Source: Octopus vulgaris
Lineage: Eukaryota
NCBI GenBank assembly: GCA_951406725.2
Contig: OX597832.1
Location: 58,156,001-58,220,000 of the forward strand
Length of the DNA stretch: 64,000 nucleotides
Reading direction: 5' to 3'
Positions within the stretch are counted from its first letter, which is position 1, and each line of letters opens with the position of its first letter. A program made the position numbers and the translations under genes. Shown in pieces: positions 55,375-64,000 of the stretch. The notes beneath the pieces were generated by a model that was not told the origin of the DNA, did not search any database, and was given only the letters and a program-made list of their open reading frames with translations.

Positions 55375-55560
55375 GATATTCTACAAGGTTATTCATTAAT
55401 AAAAGCCCAGACTCCTTAATGATCCTTGAGGCGGATTTCATTTCAGACCGTATTTCTATAGGGACAGGAGAACTTGGCATTGAACGCAGCAGTCATGTGA
55501 CTCTAACGAACTAACAAATGGCTGAATCTCATTTGCATAATGGAAAATTGGTCATGCTGT
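55375..55560. promoter_or_regulatory. Candidate cis-regulatory island
   Basis: Unique island between microsatellites with GTCATGTGAC (55492), ATTTGCATAAT (55531) and TTAATGA motifs. Motif evidence only. Confidence 0.35.
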
Positions 55561-56789
55561 GTGCAAAAGTATGTTCTGTGTGCACGCATGTGAATTTGTT
55601 TGCCTGTGTGTGCATGAGTACGTAAGTGTATTTGCATATGTGTGAGCGTTGATTTGTGTGTGCGTATGTGTGTGTGTATGTGTGTATGCCTAATACATGT
55701 ATAATTATGTGTTGTATGCGTTGTCTACGAATACTTTTGTTAACCGTGTATACCGCATGTGTACATACGCTGTGTATCTGCAGACGACCGTCGTTATGTG
55801 CAGACGACCTGTGCAGACGACCGTCATTCTTGTTGCTGCGCATGAGTTTGTATGTTTGTAGTTTTTATATCGTGCATGTGTATGTATGTATGTGTATATA
55901 ATCTACGCTCGCTGTAAAAATCTGTGTGTATTATGGTATGTATATTAATGTTGCAGTATTCCATGTTTGCGTTGTGCATCACCTTATGTGTGAATATGTG
56001 TATGTGTATACATGTTTTATTTCTATATATGGTTATTCGTTTTCTCTGTGTCTTGTGTATGTGAATGTAATTGTACGTAACATACAGTAAAATTTGTATG
56101 TATGTATTGTAGTGTGTGTATAAAGATTGCCATTTGTTCAATGTGTGCGTCATATATTATTTAACATGAGCCTGTGTATGTGTGCGTGTGCGTGTGTGTG
56201 AGTGCGTGGAGTGTATGCATATGCCTGTGTGTGCGTGCATGTGCATATGTGTGTGTTTGTATATATATGTGTGTGTGTGTGTGCATGCGTGTATGCATGT
56301 GTGTGTCTGCTTTATTTGCCATATGTGTTTATTGGTTTTGTCTGTGTATTATGTATGTATATACAATTGCATTCTGTGTCGTATGTATGTGTCACTATAA
56401 AGATAGTTGTATGTGTGCGTGTGTGTTTGTTTTGTGGGTTTTTATTGTCTTTATTGTTTGTGTGTTGTGTGTGAGTGTGTGTGTGAGTGTGTGTGTGAGT
56501 GTGTGTGTGAGTGTGTACTTGTATTGTATGGTATTGAGTATGGTTATTCTGCAGGTTGTGTGCATTTCTGCGCAGCCCATGTATTGCATACTGTATATGT
56601 GCTCCATGTATTCATGCATATGCATGAACGTGTGTGTATGTGTGTGTGTGTGTGCATGTGTGTGTGTGTGTGTTTGTGTGTGTGTATACGTGCAGCATGA
56701 GTGTGCGTGCGTGTGTGTACATGCGTGCAGGGGAGTTGTTAATATAAGGAAATTAAATGTGTCAACATGGCTGACATTCTTTTATCATT

Positions 56790-56851
<62 letters not shown>

Positions 56852-57390
56852 TGTAGTAGTAGTAGTAGTAGTAATAGCGACAATAGTAGTAGTGTTACTA
56901 GTAACAGCAACAATATTAGTATTTGTAGTAGCAGCATTTTTCGTTAAGTATTAATAGTTTTAGCAGTAGCAGTAGCAGTAGCAGCCGCAGTAGCAGCAGC
57001 TGTAGTTGTAGTAGTGGTGGTGGTGATAGTGGGTATGTTGTTAGTGGTTGTCGCAATGGTAGTGTTAGTAGTAATTCATCCAAGTGTCGTTGTTGTTGTT
57101 GTTGTTGGTGGTGGTGAAGTGGTTGTGGTGATGGAGGCAGTGGTGGGGCGGTTTTCGAAGTGCTAGCAATAGAAGTAGAAGTACAAGTTGTAGTAGAGGT
57201 AGTTGTAGTGGTAGTAATGTCACTAGCAGTAATAGTAGTGTTAGTAGACGTTGGTGGTGGTTGTTATAGTACTAGTAGAGATGGTGGTGATAGTGGTGGT
57301 AGTAGTAGTTCCAACAGTTGTGGTAGAGGCGTTGGTAGTAGTAGTAGTAGTAGTAGGAGGAGGAGGAGGAGGAGGAGGAGAAGTAGTAGT
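55560..57390. repeat. Degenerate (TG)n and (TAG/TGG)n low-complexity region
   Basis: Directly visible. Confidence 0.85.
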
Positions 57391-57409
57391 AATGTTTATA
57401 GAGGTGTTA

Positions 57410-57840
57410 ATATCGGCTTCAAATTTTGGCACAAGGCCAGCAGTTTCGGTGGAATGAATCAGTCGATTACCTCGACCTCAGTATTCAATTGGTACTTATT
57501 TTATCGACCCTGAATATATGAAAGGCTATATCAACTTCAGAAGGTAAAGACGGACGAAATACTGCAAAGCACTTCGTTCGGCGTGCTAACGAGTTTGCCA
57601 GTTCACGGCCTTTAGATGTATTAATAATTAATTCCATACTTTGGCACCAGGCCAACAATTACGGCGAAGGGGTAAGTCAATTTTATCGACCCCAGAGCTT
57701 AACTGGTACTTATTTTATCGGCAATGATAGTATGAAAGCTAAAGACGATCTCGGTGGAATTTGAACTGAGAATGTAAAAAGAGGCGCAAATGCCGTTGAG
57801 CATTTCGCCCGGCGTGCTAACGGCTTTGCCAGTTCGCCGC
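57410..57840 (-). mobile_element. Two tandem diverged family A SINEs
   Basis: Two copies of ctggtacttattttatcg...cggcgtgctaacg...gccag on the minus strand. Confidence 0.7.
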
Positions 57841-60350
57841 AAATATTGACTTCCAATAACGGCGGATGACCTCAGATGTTGAGGACGACACATTCGATGA
57901 ACTCGGTGATACTACTCTAACGATAGTTAACCACTAAGTAGTCATTCTAAATGCAAGAAATAACAGTCAAATAACCCTGAAATCATACTTCTACTGTCTT
58001 AGGAAAAAGAAACACAATCACATACGTTGTGGTTTTCAAGCACAGAGGAAATTAAATGGAAAGGTCACGGGTGGAATACTCTTGATTATAGGTCTGGCTC
58101 TTAGATATTTCATTGAAAACCTTGGAACAACGAAAGGTAAACGAGGTTTGGACTCAGAACATGAGGGTGAGGAGGTCCATGCCACAGAGCATTTTCTCTT
58201 ATTCTCTGTCCATTCCTGTTGCACGCATTCCTCCGGATTAATGTATCTTGTAATTTAGGAATACTTTTTAGGGGAAAATAATTAGCTAATTACAGTGTTC
58301 TTCTGGTACTTTACAATCCCGAAAGGTTGAAAGGCAAATTGACGTTGGCAAATGAAAACTGTTTTTAATAGTCGCAACGGTAAAAACATATAATGCGAAA
58401 CGAGTCATTCGCAAGACGTTATAAAATATTAAGAATGCACACACACACACACATACACACACACACACACACACACGCACACACACACACATAGACACTC
58501 ACACGCATACAGACACAAACACACATGTATACTTTAGGTACCCATAGCCTATCAGAACAACAGATATTTCAGAGAGCCAATGAAAGAGTCTCTACGCGGT
58601 CAGTCGATCTGTTAGAAATAACAGCCATTTGAAAGAGCCATCCAAGAACATTTGAATATGTAGTTTCAGATACATTATGGCCGACAAAAATTGATGAGAT
58701 GCTCATCCATGGGACTCCTTTGATCACAGATCTTCTGACAGAACTGGGGTGTAGTTAAATAACAACAGTAACAATTGATACATTAATTGTCGTACATGAA
58801 TGCCTAGAACTTACTAATACACCAAAATAGGGATGAAATTTCTCTGGTTTCGAACTCTCGATATTTCTACACAAAATGGAGAGCAGTTAAATATTTCTTA
58901 TGGAAAGACATTGTTATCAAGGTCAGGCAGTGCGACAAGACACCGGTGTCTTCTGTTAATTCCAGCTTCCATAATTATATAATCTAACTCCTGCTGGTTC
59001 GTTCTGTGTTGAGTACAACATATTATACTTTCAGGAACCAGTTTTATTTTTATTCTATTTGTTTTATTTAAGTTGAACATGGAAAACCCATCCTTCTCTT
59101 AATGCAAGCAACATCATTAACGAGTGCATATTTAACTCTATCCTGTTCCCAACAATCTTTGTGCTACCAATGAATATTTCTTTCGTCTTTTCTTGTTTCA
59201 TAGTAGGCATTCTACTGTTCTTCATTTCCTGCCGCCATGTTTTGGCGAGTAAAAACTGCGTCTTAAATCCAACACAGAAAACAGGACACAAAAGTCTCAA
59301 TCATATATTTGTTTTAGCAATGCAATTATTACAAATTCGGTTTTCTTACAAAACTGTTGCGAGTGTGGAGGTTTGTCTGTCTAATTAAAATACAGAAATT
59401 ATTTATTTTATTAAATAGCATAATTTTTCCTTCATTAAAAATCAATACACTGATCAAAAATAAATATTCAACATTTGCAAAAAAAAAAAAAAAAAAAAAG
59501 CCCAAGAACAAAAAGAAGAAAATGTGGTTTTTGTTATTTATTTTGCGCAGTAAATATTTTTCTCGTCTGGTTATGATTCATAAAAATTCCACATCAGAAA
59601 TTTATTGTATGAAGTCTGCAAATTCACCGAGTTCCACGCACGCGCGCACACACAAACATGCACACCCTGTGTGTAACTATGTGTATTGTAATCTATGTTG
59701 TAAATCGAAGAATTACGAATCGAATTAGAACCAATATTAGGTCTTAAAGTGCATTTTCATTTCAAAGCATAAGTAAATTTTTATTTAAAAATATCTTTTG
59801 TATTTTATTAATTTTTAGTGTTGTAGCCAAACAATTGTGATTTTGATATTGTAATGTGCGATAAAGCCATTTATTTAAATAATGTATACGCACGCACACA
59901 GACTCTCACGTTGAATAAAGCTGTTGTAGACCAATATTTGTGTATTTCTGTATTCAAAAGATCTTGCATTTATTAAGAGAGAATATAAAATAAAGGGTGA
60001 AAAAAATATTATTTCTAATAGTATAAAAGGAAAGGAAAAAAAAATAACAGAACGCAAAGGTGACTGTGAGCAGTTTTGTTTTAATTTCAATTCTAAAATC
60101 GCTCCAAATGCAATTGCACCAGGACTTCACTTAAATTCGTTTCTTTTCATTCTTTGGAACAACCATTAGCAGAAACATATTGCGCTCTAAAGAAGAAAAA
60201 AAACTAAAACTGAAAAAAAAAAAGAAAAAAAAAAAAGAAAATGATGTCTCTTCCATATGCACTGTCATTTTTAGCCATTTTAGATGCAATAAACCAGATG
60301 TTGAAAACGGAGACATGCTGTCGAGCTCTTTCTGCACACAACTTCGCGTC

Positions 60351-60351
60351 A

Positions 60352-60411
<60 letters not shown>

Positions 60412-60477
60412 GTAATAATAATAATAATGATGATGATAATAATAATAATAATAATAATAATAATTATAATAATAGTA

Positions 60478-60537
<60 letters not shown>

Positions 60538-60546
60538 GTAATACTA

Positions 60547-60589
<43 letters not shown>

Positions 60590-60677
60590 TAATAATAATA
60601 GTAATAGTAATAGTAATAGTAATAATAGTAATAATAATAACAATAATAATAACAGTAGTAGTAGTAGTAGTAGTAAC

Positions 60678-60737
<60 letters not shown>

Positions 60738-60845
60738 GATAGTAATAATAATAGTAATAGTAATAATAATGATAATAACAACAATAATAATAATAATAAT
60801 AATAGAGTAGTAATAGTAGTAGTAGTAGAAGTAGTAATGATGATG

Positions 60846-60897
<52 letters not shown>

Positions 60898-60922
60898 TGA
60901 TGATGATGATGATGATGATGAT
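60351..60922. repeat. (AAT/AGT/GAT)n array
   Basis: Directly visible. Confidence 0.95.
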
Positions 60923-61489
60923 AAACCGACGCAAAAAGAGAGAATGGAAAATGTCGACCTTTTGTCCTATAAATATGTACGTGCAAAGAATAGATAAATA
61001 TTATATATGTTTGTTCAACGTCTATGTCCAACAAGTAAACTGCCATAACTGCTCGAACACAAACAAATGCTATTCAATGTGTTTGTCGCACTATTTCTAT
61101 GTCAGTAGAAAGGTCTACAAAACAAAAAAAAAAAAAACCAAAAAAAAAAACCCATAAAAAAAACTGGACGTTATTAAGCAACAACACACATTCTCTCTGT
61201 CTCTCTTTTTTTTCCGTTCGCCTTCTATGTCTTTATTTTCATTTTTCCCTTGTTCTGTCTTTCCATATTTTCATATATTTATACAATACATTACTATTAT
61301 GACATAAGAAACACTTATTCAATATTGGACATATTGAAATAAGCTGGGCTTTTTTTTTTTTAATATTTATTTTCGAATAATAATTGCATATATACATATA
61401 TATGTATATGATTAAATATTTAGCAATTCTATTATATTTGTTCATAATAGTTTTTGCGTGTATGTGTATATACGTTTTCGTTGTTAAAA

Positions 61490-61640
61490 TGGATGCGTCA
61501 TGTTTTCCAGTCCGTTTTCTGATTGGTTGTGTTCGTCTATGACATCATCACACTGCTCCCCTCTCCCCCTCAGAAACTTTGCTGACTAAACGTCCCGATC
61601 ATTTAATCAATGACCATCTGAATATAAAAACTCAATGACG
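61490..61640. promoter_or_regulatory. Promoter-like motif cluster
   Basis: TGCGTCA (61494), CTGATTGGTT inverted CCAAT box (61519), ATGACATCAT (61539), TATAAAA (61623). Confidence 0.3.
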
Positions 61641-61859
61641 AAACTCGGAGAATGTTTTTGTTTTTCGTTTTTCGTTTTTTCCCTTTTTTTTCAAGAAAAT
61701 ATGTTGCGCATGTGTGTATGAGTGTATGAGGATTGTATGTATGGGTGGCGGGTTTTTGTTGTTGTTGTCAGTTTGGAGTCTTTTTTTTTTTGACAGCAAT
61801 AGGTCAGTCACAACAACTAGCACAACTAATAAGCCCAACGCAACCGATATTTCTTTCTT

Positions 61860-64000
<2,141 letters not shown>

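Noticed and set aside
56174-56947. 257-aa Cys/Val-rich ORF
   Set aside because: Product of degenerate (TG)n.

Overview
AT-rich, microsatellite-saturated non-coding animal DNA, most likely from an octopus or other coleoid cephalopod (inferred from the tRNA-derived SINE families). I find no intact host protein-coding gene: nearly all ORFs in the track are translations of simple repeats. The real coding remnants are transposon fragments: CR1, RTE, several R4/Dong-type LINE ends sitting in (TAA)n arrays, Penelope RT, two mariners and one Tc1/maT. Three SINE families and one Helentron-type non-autonomous element are also present. The most notable structure is a set of small Penelope-style retroelements carrying minimal type I hammerhead ribozyme motifs. 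One has a tRNA-like Pol III head, a hammerhead tail and an inverted 5' duplication (53.7-54.0 kb, plus an inverted pair at 42.3-42.7 kb). Another family carries a compensatory U3-A8 core (25.76 and 26.71 kb). Short unique islands in SINE-free intervals hold clustered TF motifs (Pbx-Hox plus Meis at 47.0-47.4 kb, octamer plus M-box at 55.5 kb, CCAAT/CRE/TATA at 61.5 kb, Sox-POU composite at 63.76 kb), suggesting the regulatory landscape of a gene outside the window. Coordinates were read by eye, so element ends are approximate, and no searches were run.
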